DNA of 64,000 nucleotides from Octopus vulgaris (taxonomy: Eukaryota). Numbering within the stretch: the stretch's first letter is position 1; every line of letters begins with the position of its first letter. The DNA is taken from assembly GCA_951406725.2 (NCBI GenBank), contig OX597821.1, positions 29,202,001 to 29,266,000 on the forward strand, in the 5' to 3' direction. This document shows, in pieces, positions 13,014-25,540 of this stretch. Under the pieces are notes generated by a model that saw only the letters and a program-made list of their open reading frames with translations, searched no databases and was not told where the DNA came from. The translations under genes and the position numbers were made by a program.

Positions 13014-13578
13014 CGAGGGTGTGCTGAAAAGTTCTTGGCTTTGGGTAAAAGAAAATGCTTGAGGATCAATTAATTATGATTTTATACAATACTAGCACTA
13101 TGACCCGGCAATGCCGGGTCATAGTGCTAGTGCATGCAAATACAGATGCGTGTGTGCGCACATACATGTGAGTACTGTCCAAATCTCTGACCAATCACAT
13201 ACAGCTAGTTGGCATTTAATTGACATATCAAGTTTCAGGCATTTTGATTGGGTTTTGGATAGAAAATTCACAAAAAAGTCACTTCTATTGATTTTTTTAA
13301 TGGCTTTGTGGGGTGACTGGGCAAATGTAAAGATGTGCACGACCACCCTTGGATGGTTTTGATTGACCATAGAAAGTGCGAGTCCTCTAACTGAAAAATT
13401 GTGGATTTGTATAAAGGACACACACCCAGATATTTTGCCGTTTATATATATAGAGATATTCCCCTTTCAGATTCACACACTTATTGCAGTGGTCTTTCAG
13501 TTATATTGAGTGCTGCAAAAGAACTCAAAAGGCTTTTAGCGATACCCTGCAAGCCAGGAATTTTTCAGCACCTCCTTG
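13014..13578 (-). mobile_element. Mariner-derived MITE (interrupted by a Helitron)
   Basis: TA|CGAGGGTGTGCTGAAAAGTTCTTGGCTT ... AAGCCAGGAATTTTTCAGCACCTCCTTG|TA: TIRs with TA TSD. After removing the Helitron, the minus strand encodes HCNKCVNLKGEYIV*, the mariner transposase C-terminus (RW.KCV...G.Y.E*). Confidence 0.85.
13092..13456 (-). mobile_element. Complete non-autonomous Helitron
   Basis: Minus strand starts A|TCTCTATATATATAAACGGCA and ends in a GC-rich hairpin plus CTAG|T. Inserted in an AT dinucleotide with no TSD. Shares its 5' end with the Helitron at 48630. Confidence 0.9.
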
Positions 13579-13715
13579 TATATGCTATATTTGTTGAAGT
13601 ACCTAATACTTGACTGGTCACTTATATTATCAATCTCAGTAGGATGAATGACAAAACTAACAACAATGAAAAGATCTGAACCCAGAACCTTCAACAAGGC
13701 TATTCAGTAAATCCT

Positions 13716-14045
13716 CATCATCATTTAACGTCCGCTTTCCATGCTAGCATGGGTTGGACAATTTGACTGAGGTCTGGCAAACCAGAATCCAATCTGATTT
13801 GGCAGAGTTTCTACAGCTGGATGCCCTTTCTAATGCCAACCACTCTGAGAGTGTAGTGGGTGCTTTTACGTGCCAGTTTGGTGGTACTGACAATGGTCAC
13901 GTCCAAGAGGTGCTTTTTACATGCCACCTGCACTGGCGACGTCCTCACTCGAATGTTTCACGTGCCACCAGCACATGTGCTAGTAAGGCGACGCGGTAAC
14001 AATCACGCTCGAATGGTGTGCTTAACGTGCCACTGGCACAAAGGC
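13716..14045 (-). mobile_element. Family-C non-autonomous retroelement (RTE-type tail) with internal repeats
   Basis: Minus strand: modules GTGCCRGTGGCACGTAAAAAGCACC, then GGTTGGCATTAGRAAGGGCATCCAGCTGTAGAAAC...CCAACCCATGCTAGCATGGAAAGCGGACGTTAAATGATGATGA. Confidence 0.8.
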
Positions 14046-14656
14046 CAGTTTGTTACCCAGATGTGAAAATTAGTAAAAAAACACACCCACCATGTTTATT
14101 TCATCTTTTGCACTAAACACCATCAGTCTTTTTACCCACGGAAGTATTACCATGCTGAGTTGGAAACAGAAGCATGTTTTCTTTTCTTCTTTTTCAAACT
14201 ATACCTCATTCAATTTTCGTGAAATTTATTTCGTTGTTTTTACAGCATTAAATCCAAAACTCTTTAAAAGATATTCCAGTATAATTAAGTAGCAGTGTAT
14301 TTTTTAAAAAAACATTTTTTTTTTCCTTCTCTTTTGTTTTATTTAATCACTTCCCTCTACTGATGGATGGCATTTAACTATTTCTCATTATCTGAGATGA
14401 CAGCATTTGTGGTTCTAAAGAAGTTTTGAAAGTTTCATGTTTGTTTTTTGTTTTTTTGTTTTTCACCATTCTAACATATGAAAATGCCAGTCTTTCATAT
14501 ATGCATTTACACATGCACATTCATATATATATATATGCATATATATATATATATATAGGGTACAGATCAATAAATGGTGGGGTATTTTATCAATTTCTCA
14601 TTTTATTAAAATTTTCTTTCATTTGAGCATTCTGCATTTAAAAAAAAAAATTTTTC

Positions 14657-14698
<42 letters not shown>

Positions 14699-14699
14699 C

Positions 14700-14875
14700 A
14701 TCTTCATCATCGTCATCATTTAATGTCCGTTTTCCATGTTGGCATGGGTTGGACGGTTTGACTGGTGATTGGCAAGCCAGGAGTCTGCACCAGGCTCCAA
14801 TCTGATCTGGCAATGTTTCTACAGCTCGATGCCCTTCCTAACACTAACCACTCTGATAGTGTAGTGGGGGATTTT
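14700..14875 (-). mobile_element. Family-C element, 5'-truncated
   Basis: Same tail and GATGCCCTTCCTAA body as 13716. Confidence 0.8.
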
Positions 14876-14915
14876 ATATACACACACACACACACACAAA
14901 CACACACGCAAACAT

Positions 14916-14948
<33 letters not shown>

Positions 14949-15806
14949 CATGTACACGTACACACATATACTTTTGTGTCACCACATAAACATATGAATA
15001 AGAATGTTTATGTGCAGTCAGCACAACTAAACTAGTTGAAAAACAAACATTTGAATGAGGTTCAGTCCAGAATTGTAGCATTTCTACATGGTCTTCATCA
15101 TAGGCTTAAGACAGGCATGAATATAGAATCTTAATGTTTGGTCACACTCTCTGAAGTATCCATGAAATCAGTCAACTGTCGATGGACACATCTCTGACTA
15201 TGCAATAACACAGCTGGAACACTACTGTTCATAGGTTTGCTCAATTGGGATGACCAAGGGTTAAACAACAACGTATTCATAATCATATTAGTAATGGTAT
15301 TCTGCATGTGCCAGCCATTGCCACTGATTCCCAGTTTATGCGTGTTCTCATCACTGTTTTCCATTCTCGTTTTGCACTTTCAAGAAGTTTTATGCCCTCT
15401 CATTTAATCCACTCCACTCTACCACCGCACTTATAGACCTTTCCCTGAAACTTGACAGTGCACCCCAGCATATTTTCACCTTCTTCTGTCTCTCTCTCCT
15501 GTTTCAAACTGGAGCAGTCATGCAACTTGCTCTGCTGCAAGACACCTGCTTCCATACCTATACTTTATCCTAACCTCTCATTACTTGGCACTAAAACGCC
15601 TCCCTCAGTATTACACCCACCTCAGTTGAGGGGGGGGGTCTTGTCTTGCAAGTTACTTGGTAACCTTACCAGTGCTGGTGCATATAAGAATCACCCAGTA
15701 CCCTCTGTAAAGTGGTAGGCATGGCAGGAGTCATCTAGTTGTAGAGACTATTCTGAGGCCAACAGTAGAATTTGACACAGTCCTCTGATTTGCCAGTTCC
15801 TGTTAA

Positions 15807-16021
15807 CCCTTTCGTTACCAACCCGGCTGAATCTGGCTCTGTAGTACAAATGTCTTGCTTTCATAAGTTTTTAAATAAAACTTTTCACCAAACCTTAGTC
15901 ACAATTACTGTTCCTAACACAAGCTTAACGATAACTAAGTTATTTTACTAAATTCTTTGTTATATCTAAAATAATTGAGAGAAACACTGAGCATCTCAAA
16001 ATAAATACAGTAACGAAAGGG
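15807..16021. mobile_element. piggyBac-type MITE inserted in an older RTE-tailed element
   Basis: TTAA|CCCTTTCGTTAC ... GTAACGAAAGGG|TTAA: perfect 12-bp TIRs. The host tail CCCATGCCAGCATG..ATGATGAT resumes after 16025. Confidence 0.92.
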
Positions 16022-16749
16022 TTAAACCATTCAACCCATGCCAGCATGAAACACAGATATAAATGATGATAATGATGGTGGTGATGAAAGTGGTGGAATA
16101 TCGATGCCAGACAGAATGCTTTACAGTATTAGTTAGTCATATCTATTTTATGTCTCGAGTTCAAATTCTACTTTTCTTGCAAAGTTGAAAAACAGAACAC
16201 CAGTCAAGTACTAGAGCTTCGATCTAACTGATTATGTAGCACTCCAGCTGAACATGTTCTTTCTGACAAAATCACAAATCAACAGAGGTGCATGTCAATG
16301 AGTCTGTAGCAGGTCTCACTGCAGGTTTTTTTTGTACAGATATCACTATCTTTTTTTCTTGCAATGTTTACAAAGTACCGAGGGGCCTTTGAAATCCTTC
16401 TTTCAAGATCATTCCTTTGTTCTGCTGTGGGCATTAGAGACCCTTTTCTACCTTAGTATTGGCCTTGCACAATACTCTGTATGGTAATGGATGCAACCCA
16501 TACTCTGGTTTCGTGGACAATGAAGATATAAATTTCATTATAAAAACATCAATACACAAAGAATGTTTGCATTATGCAAATATATACTTGATCTTAGAGG
16601 TTTAGCAAGGCCAGTTCCATTGGCTAGAAGCAGTGAAAGACTAAGAGTAACACATACATATCACACACAACATCAGTTACAACAACATGTATGTATGCAT
16701 TTGTGTAAATATGCTTGTATGTGTAGCTATGTGCATATATACATGTGAC

Positions 16750-16780
<31 letters not shown>

Positions 16781-17049
16781 TAGTTACAGCAATCACAGAA
16801 AAAAGGAAACAAACAGATAAAGACAAGACAAATATCAAACCATTAACAATATAATACGTCTTGTATGTGGATTCCCCGGACCATTAGCTCATCACGCACT
16901 TATATGCAGCATGCAATATCAATGTCATCAAGTTCTTACGAAATAATAGCACATGCATCTACAAATGTCATACCTGCTGATGCAAAATGCATCTCACAGC
17001 ATGCTTACTGAGAAACTGAGAACTGTCCTTTCAATGTTGATGCTTATAT

Positions 17050-17050
17050 T

Positions 17051-17106
<56 letters not shown>

Positions 17107-17139
17107 CATACACACACACACATATATATATACATACAA

Positions 17140-17176
<37 letters not shown>

Positions 17177-17264
17177 CACACATGCAAATATACACATATA
17201 CATATATATATATACACACACATATACATATATATACATATATATATATATATATATTCACATT

Positions 17265-17330
<66 letters not shown>

Positions 17331-17334
17331 CATT

Positions 17335-17367
<33 letters not shown>

Positions 17368-17572
17368 GTAAATATATACATACATATATACATATAAATA
17401 TATACATACATATATACACATATGTATATATATAAATATATACATACATATATACACATATGTATATATATAAATATATACATACATATATACACATATA
17501 TATATAAATATATATATATACATACATATATATATATAAATATATACATACATATATACATACATAAATATA

Positions 17573-17604
<32 letters not shown>

Positions 17605-17620
17605 CACATACACATATAAA
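17050..17620. repeat. Long compound (TA)n/(CA)n microsatellite
   Basis: About 570 bp of TA/CA/TACA units with internal block duplication (TATTCACATTTATATATATACACACAC twice). Confidence 0.95.
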
Positions 17621-18857
17621 TAAGATAAAGCCCACTTGGTAGAGTGAAGGTGCATAGTTTGATAATCAGAATGCTGATGCTGATGATGGCATATTAATGC
17701 ACACATCAGCAGCATCAGCTATGGCAAACATATTAGAACTGAATGGGACATGTTCCAATGAACAGTAGTACAAAGAAACATGGGCATCATAAGCACTGCT
17801 CATCTATTTATAAAGCCATTCATCCATATATACATATGCACATACATACACGTGGACATAAATGTTTGATGTTGTCTAAACTCCAGCCAAGGAATCTCCT
17901 TGTCATTTAGTTGGAGAAAGGCCATCGTTCTTTTGTAAAAGAATTGTCTCAATAAATACATAATGATTTCTTTAGACTTGGCACCGGATCAAATTTTTCT
18001 ATAAGAATCAAGAATTAGGTAGGAGTGTGGTGTATTAAATCAACCACATTATAATAGAATGTGGTACTCATTTTATTGATGCTGGACGCATAAAGTCCCG
18101 ATGTCAAACCTGATGGTATTTGGACATGAAGGCTGGGATAAAATTAAAATTTGTAAAGCAAAACTCCACCCAATGTTCTAATTCTTCCTACTAAATTACT
18201 ATCCAATCTCGATAATTGAATAAGCAATTCCTTTTGGGAACATAAAATCTCACTTTCTAAAGTGGAAATATGAATATTACCAAGATTAATTCTGAAATAC
18301 CAAGGGTACATACTTTCTCAACTTTGAAGGCAAATAGCTGAGTGGCTAAAGTGTTGGACTCGCAATCATAAGGTTGAATGCTATGTCCTTGAGCAAAACA
18401 CTTTGTTTCATGTTGCTCCAGTCTGCTTGGCTTAAAATATGTAGCAGCCAAATATTGTTGCAACTCTCTCTTTATTCCAGCTATCACATGATGTTCTGTT
18501 AGGTCAACAGTGAAAGGGTTCAAAGATTTTATATATATCTGTTCACAAATACATATGCACCAAAACCAATTGATGAAAGCATGGTGCATATTACCAAATT
18601 ATTCTTACTTGCAAGTGAAAGAATTGGTTACAGGACACAAGCTAAGTGACAAAACTATACACTGTTGTTCAATCTACAAGTAATAGTGACCCTATCCCCT
18701 TAAAATGACACCTTACTGATTTGGAAAAGATGGAAACACAAACACATCGGTTAGTATAGTATTGGGGTGAACTCTGTGGGCCTGGATACTTGCAACAGAG
18801 GGAACTCTGTTTGAGCATGCATGCACACATACACACATGCACATACACACACGCATG

Positions 18858-18914
<57 letters not shown>

Positions 18915-20016
18915 AGACCAGTTGTTCAAGTTTATATGAAGCAGAATAGATTACTTCAGAATTAGACTATACCAGCAGAAAATGTAATATATAGACGGAT
19001 ACCTCACCTGCTAGAAATAGGAGCCAAATCTTCCTCAAACCATACTCTACCAATCAAAAGAATAAAAAAAAAAAAAGATGTATTAAATAATTTAGAAAAG
19101 GGTACACTGTTAAAAAATTTAATGGTGTAGCTATAGAATACATTCTGTATGAAAAAAAATTGACAATTGGGTAATTTCATGGAAAACCTGCTCACTTGGG
19201 TATGACTTGGGGCTTAAAAAAACATATTGATAAAACATTTAAAAATAAAATTTGAAATGATGAAAAAAAGCAAGCAGGATTAAAATTTGACTGGCATATA
19301 ACTCTGAAGGTTTAAAAACGTCACAGATGATCTAAACAAAGTGAACAGCGAATATTTCCTCTGCCTTCTACACCATCTCTACATACTATCTTGAGTATAT
19401 ACTATATTTAATTACTTTTATATCTATATGAATTTATTTGTGAAGATATGTGGCCTAGAGTCAAGCTGTTACATACACAATCATAAGTTTGTGGTTTTGA
19501 TTCAAAAACAAACCAACACACTGTGTTTTTGAGCAAGGTACTTCATTTCATGGTGTTCCAGTCTACTCAGTTAGAAATGAAATGCTCTAACTTAGAAGAA
19601 TATTAACCCAATATGCCTGATGCCAGCAGGCTTTCATGGTTATGGGAATAGCAGAGGTGATGATGATGATGACAAAATAACAATAACATCAATGATGATA
19701 AGGCAACAACAACTGCAATGATGACAATGATGTGGATGGTAGCAATGATGACTAAGATGACGATAAAAATGATAACACTGATGATCATAATGATGATGAT
19801 GAGGAGGAGGAAGAAGAGGACAACTGATTCCTTTAAATCATTCAAAAGGTGTGTAACTATCAGAGGGAACCAAGTATCATACAGCTACCTTACCATGTAA
19901 TCAATGTAAAATATCCAGTCCCCTCTAGTACAACACTGGCCCTTATTCTTAACAATAGTCCCTTGTAACAAATATAACTTTAACTATTCCTTTAAAGTAT
20001 ATTAAAATCATATTAG

Positions 20017-20222
20017 CCCCTAGCATGTTAACCAGCCACATTTAGTCTCAATACCCCACCTCTTGTATGTCCAAACCACCCAGGTCCAATCTCAAACCAA
20101 CCCTAAACGTCACTCTAAAATATAAACAATCACATCATCTCAAAGCCATGAGATAATGAAAGATTAATTTTAAAAATGTGAACAAGAATTATATTTGACA
20201 AAGTAATCTGACTACAAAAGGG
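20017..20222. mobile_element. piggyBac-type MITE (degenerate, inverted relative to 7251)
   Basis: Right end AAAAGGG|TTAA, left TTAG|CCCCTAGCA. The interior resembles the reverse complement of the 7251 copy. Confidence 0.65.
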
Positions 20223-21485
20223 TTAAAGCAGCAACATTTCTCAACAATCCTTGCTCTCTCATGAAGAGAAAGGGTCTTCACTCCTCATGACAATCGTATT
20301 CTTTCATTAACTGATTAATTACTTAATACCAACACTGACTACCATCAGTGTTTGCAGGTTGTGGATGTTTGAATTGAAAGAAGGCAAAACATTGCCAGTT
20401 AGTTATGTGGTTGGCTAATTCTACCCTACTCTCTTTATAACGTTGATAGTAACCTAGATAAATATGAAAGATGAATATTAAATATATATTATTAAGAGAC
20501 ATAAATAAATAAACACACACATACACACACACACATATATATATATATATAATGTATCAAAATAATGAGCTTTCACCAACAACCTCTTTCTCTCTCTCAC
20601 ACATACAAATACAACACACATGCATGACATTTACATCTGCTGCCATTTGTAATTTGGAATTACTGGTAGGAGGCACCATGTGTAAGAGTAGTGTCTACGA
20701 ACATAGACGCAGAAATATATCTTTGCATAGCAAGAGTAAGTATGTGTGTGTGTGTGTGTGTCCTATTTTTGATTATTTGGAATCTTTCTGTAAGGAAGGA
20801 GCTGGTTTCTAACAAAGACACAAGCTCCATCAGTGGAATGTAGATGACAAAAAAACACAAATTCTCATTTTTGAACTTGAGAAAAGTCTTACATATTTTT
20901 ACAGTTCTGCTCACAGAATGTATATGTAATGTGTGTGTTAGCCAGTTTATTTCTTTCCTTGAAAATCACAGCTTATCCAGACTGCACTACACATTTACTT
21001 ACAAAACCAAGTGCATCAGTTATTTTTGGAATAAATGTGAATTCATAATCTGGTTATGTAGATATGTGTGTGTATGTACATTGGCATGCATGTATGAAAC
21101 TCAACTGAAAGACAAACCCAATCAGTTATAGAGCAACTCAATACATGTAAAATATAATTTTATATTTTTGATATATTCTTCGAGATGTTATCGACATTTC
21201 AAGTCTCATGGTTTTTTCAGGAAAATACTTGCTCTTAAAGAAAGTCATGTGACTTGAAATATTGGTACTAGCTTATTTGCTGTGTCTGAGGATGCATTAG
21301 TACTGGCTTTTCATGCATTAGTACTGTGAGTGTGTTTTCATGTAGAAATATGAAATAATAGTACTTAACACAAAGGGATATTTATATATGTAGGTATATA
21401 TAATTTATATGAGTTTGAATGCCGCTGAAGTTGACTTTGCCTTTCATTCTCCAACAGTCTAAGTACCAGCGAAGTGAGGCATTGT

Positions 21486-22099
21486 ATAAAATGCCTTGTG
21501 GTATTTCTTCTTAGCAGAAGCCTTAAAACTTTGGATAAAATGCCTTGTGCTATTTCTTCTTAGCAGAAGCCTTAAAACTTTGGATAAAATGCCTTGTGCT
21601 ATTTCTTCTTAGCAGAAGCCTTAAAACTTTGAATAAAATGCCTTGTGGTATTTCTTCTTAGCAGAAGCCTTAAAACTTTGGATAAAATGTCTTGTGGTAT
21701 TTCTTCTTAGCAAGAAGCCTTAAAACTTTGGATAAAATGCCTTGTGCTATTTCTTCTTAGCAGAAGCCTTAAAACTTTGGATAAAATGCCTTGTGGTATT
21801 TCTTCTTAGCAGAAGCCTTAAAACTTTGGATAAAATGCCTTGTGCTATTTCTTCTTAGCAGAAGCCTTAAAACTTTGGATAAAATGCCTTGTGGTATTTT
21901 TTCTTAGCAGAAGCCTTAAAACTTTGGATAAAATGCCTTGTGGTATTTTTTCTTAGCAGAAGCCTTAAAACTTTGAATAAAATGCCTTGTGCAATTTCTT
22001 CTTAGCAGAAGCCTTAAAACTTTGGATAAAATGCCTTGTGGTATTTTTTCTTAGCAGAAGCCTTAAAACTTTCAATAAAATGCCTTGTGGTATTTCTTC
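21486..22099 (+). repeat. 49-bp minisatellite, about 12.5 copies
   Basis: Unit ATAAAATGCCTTGTGSTATTTCTTCTTAGCAGAAGCCTTAAAACTTTGG starts at 21486, 21535, 21584, 21633, 21682, 21732, 21781, 21830, 21879, 21928, 21977, 22026 and 22075. No spacers. Confidence 0.97.
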
Positions 22100-23111
22100 A
22101 GGCTCTTCATGATGGAGGCCCAAATCCAGCAGAGATAATCTTTGACTTTCACTCTTTTCACATCAATAAAATAATGTACCAATCAGGTATTGAGAATAAT
22201 GGTATCAACTAATTAATTTCTTCATCTTGGTCTAAATTGCCAACTGGCAGATTAGTTAGTACATCACACAAAATGCTTAGCAGCACTGCTTTCAGTTCTT
22301 TAAATTCTGAGTTCAAATTCCACAGGCGTCAACTTTACTTTACGTCCTTTTAGGAGCTATGAAATAAAGTATTAGACAAGTACTGGGGACTAATGAAACT
22401 GACTTGCCCCCCCTCTCCTGTTCAAAACTGTTGGCATTGTGCTTAAATTGGAAATTATTATTATTATGATCACCATTATTATTAGTGTAAAAATGTATGA
22501 AAACACATATACAAAGCCACAGAAGTATGTAAATGAATGGTTTTCAATCATTTTTGCATATTTGAACTTCTTTATTTGTGTGTCTGCGTGGTTCTGCATG
22601 TAAGCTTATGTGGTGAGTGTGTGTAAAGGCAAATTTGAGAGTATTTAAGAATATTTGCATGGGTGTGGGTGCCCAAGTAAGTGATATGTATATGGTGGTG
22701 TGTGTGTATGTTAACAACTATAACACCTTATGCGTCCTTTTGTGAGTGATTTGTTGTGAATAAAAAATAAGTTCCTCTGTCATCATATCTGACCATAAAA
22801 ATTACTAAAAAGAAACTAGGTTATGCATAATGAATTTTATTCTATGAAATTAGATATCTTGAATATTTTCTTTTGTAAAGCTATGAGCTTACAAATACTC
22901 TCCTATTTTTTTTCTTTCTCTCTAACTCTACTTTTGTATTTTTTTTTATTTTTTTTTATTTCACTTCAACATAGAAAGAATGAATAATTAGAGAATGTAT
23001 TTGAAAGAAATAAGCATCAGTTTTCATTCTTTCATTCTGAAGATATTTCTTTTCACTGGCTTTACATTAGATTTATAAAGAATTGGATATTTCAGAGTTC
23101 TTGCTTGATAT

Positions 23112-23520
23112 TCATCATCATCATCATCTATTGACCACTTTTCTATGCTTGGATAGGTCAGACAAAATTTGTAGGTACCGATTTTTCTATGGCCAGATGT
23201 CCTTCCTGTTGCCAGCCCTCGTCTGCTTCCAAGTAAAGTAATGTTCCCCATATCTATCATGATTTCATGGGAGATCATGAAACAAAGGGCACTGCTAGTG
23301 CAATGGTTACATTCATTTACAACTATCATATGATGTAGAAGCAAGGAAATGGTAACACATACACATATAAAACAGGCTCCTTTCAGTTTCCATCCATCAA
23401 ATCCATGCACAAAGCTTTGGTCATCCTAACACAAAAGTAAAAGACACTTGCCTAAAGACTGAAACCAGAATTATGTAACTGGGAAGCAAATTTCTTATCA
23501 CATGACTACACCTGTGCCTA
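23112..23520 (-). mobile_element. Family-B SINE, RTE-type tail variant
   Basis: tRNA-like head near 23520, TAGGCAAGTGTCTT CORE-like box, central (TG/TA)n, tail ending AGCATAGAAAAGTGG..(GAT)n. Confidence 0.7.
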
Positions 23521-23950
23521 TTGTTGTTATCTAATTTAACCCTCATGTTAGCCAACATTTTACACCCATAAATAAAGACATTCCAGCCATGATCATTGTC
23601 TTTACCTATTTATCTATTTATCTATTATGGGTAATATTTAGTAGAATTTGAACCATTTCATATTATCCAATATGTGATTTCAAGACAACATGAAGAATGG
23701 AAATATTACTATCATCAACAACGACATTCCAAATTTTGATAATGTAGTGTACCACAAGAAGTAACTAACTCACCTTGCACCAGATCAAGAGAAAGAAGAG
23801 CAGGTAAAAATGAATGGCTATGCCAGCATGCAAGGCTAATGTTAAATGATGATGATGTTGATGATGATGAACAAGAAAGATGTTTTTCAATCAGCAGGGG
23901 TGGGGCTGCATAGGCCAGTAAAAGAAGAGTTAGAAAGATATCCGTGTCTC

Positions 23951-24125
23951 TTTCTTTATTACCCACAGGGGGCTAAACATAGAGGGGACAAACGAGGACA
24001 GACATAGGTATTAAGTCGATTACATCGACCCCAGTGATTAACTGGTACTTAATTTATCGACCCCGAAAGGATGAAAGGCAAAGTCGACCTCGGCGGAATT
24101 TGAACTCAGAATGTAATGGTAGACA
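23951..24125 (-). mobile_element. Young family-A SINE (5'-truncated)
   Basis: Nearly identical to 30913-31144 over its length. Confidence 0.9.
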
Positions 24126-25199
24126 AGAGCAGCGGTCAAAACAGCAAAAGTAGCAGGTCAAAAAGCAGAAGAATGAGATCAGGTTAAAACCAGATTATTC
24201 TTACTCGCCCCATATTACAATGAAGTTCACAGCTACCCAGAAAAAAAAAAGGGTTTAGTGGAGTTGAAGCAGGGAAGAAAACAGAAGAAATGAGGTGCAC
24301 AGACTGGAGAACATCGAAATAAAGAAGAAATATCATGAACCCCAAAATGATAGGCCATTGGAGACAACAATATCAGCAGTTTATGAGGAGCTTCAGAAGC
24401 TCATCCAACCCCACCCAGAGGGTGTGCAAACTTTGATTGTAGATATTAATATGATCAGTTCTGAATTTGGGTGCCTCAGGTACTAGTTACAGTATAAAGT
24501 GACTAGGAGCTGTGGGTACTCTCGGTTCTACATAGGTGGCTGCATTTAATACCTTTGTATGTGGGTGAGTATTGTGTATTTTGATTAGCAAACTAAAAAC
24601 TAAATTTGTAACCTACTCTTATGCATTGGGTTACATCTTATTATTACTAGTCATGTGTACAAACACACCCATGTTTTTGTAACCTGTTTTGTACACTACA
24701 TCATATATTAGATGTTTGGACTTTATAAGTAAGTAGTAGTAGTAGTAATAGTAATAGTAGTAGTAATGATAATAATAATTATTATAACAGCAACGATGAT
24801 GTTGATGGTTTTAAATTTTGATAAAAGGCCAGCAATTTTCTAGAAGTAAAGGGGCAGGTTGGTTATATTAACCCCAGTACTTGACTGCTATTATATCTAA
24901 CTGAGCCTCAGCATCATTTGAACTCAGAACATAAAGTCAGAAGACATGCAGCTAAACATTTTGTCTGACGCACTGACAATTTTCAGTATTCTTATTGTCT
25001 ATTTTAAAAGTCATTATTATCATGAATGATATTTATTATATTAGTTTTAAAATGCTCTCAGATCATAAGAATTCAGGAAAAAAACCCCCCAAAAAACAAC
25101 AAATCTAACAGCAAGACTAAAATAACATGTATATATATACACCCACCAACTCAACCACACACACATATATACATATATAAATTATACACAGACATATAT

Positions 25200-25540
25200 A
25201 TATACATACAAATACACACACACACACACACATATATAAACACATGCTCATACATGTGTATAAACACGCGCACACACATACTCATGCATATACAAACGTG
25301 CACACACACACACATATATACATACAAATACATACACATATAAACACATGCTCATACATGTGTATATACACACGCACACACATACTCATGCATATACAAA
25401 CGTGCACACACACACATATATACATACAAATACATACACACATATATAAACACATGCTCATACATGTGTATATACACACGCACACACATACTCATGCATA
25501 TACAAACGTGCATGCACACACACACACACACACATATATA
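25200..25540. repeat. About 105-bp tandem triplication of microsatellite-derived sequence
   Basis: AAACACATGCTCATACATGTGTA recurs at 25238, 25342 and 25448, each followed by CACACACATACTCATGCATATACAAACGTGCA. Confidence 0.9.

Noticed and set aside
16953-17715. Long ORFs (up to 221 aa) rich in Y/I/H/T/V/C, and likewise 32203-33312, 8713-9080 and 25026-25549
   Set aside because: Translations of TA/CA microsatellites that lack stops by composition.
21486-22099. CRISPR-like array
   Set aside because: Units are contiguous with no unique spacers, the context is eukaryotic, there are no cas genes, and the unit derives from a SINE head.
24295-24486. 63-aa ORF with ordinary amino-acid composition
   Set aside because: No recognisable domain or splice sites. 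Possibly decayed transposon sequence.
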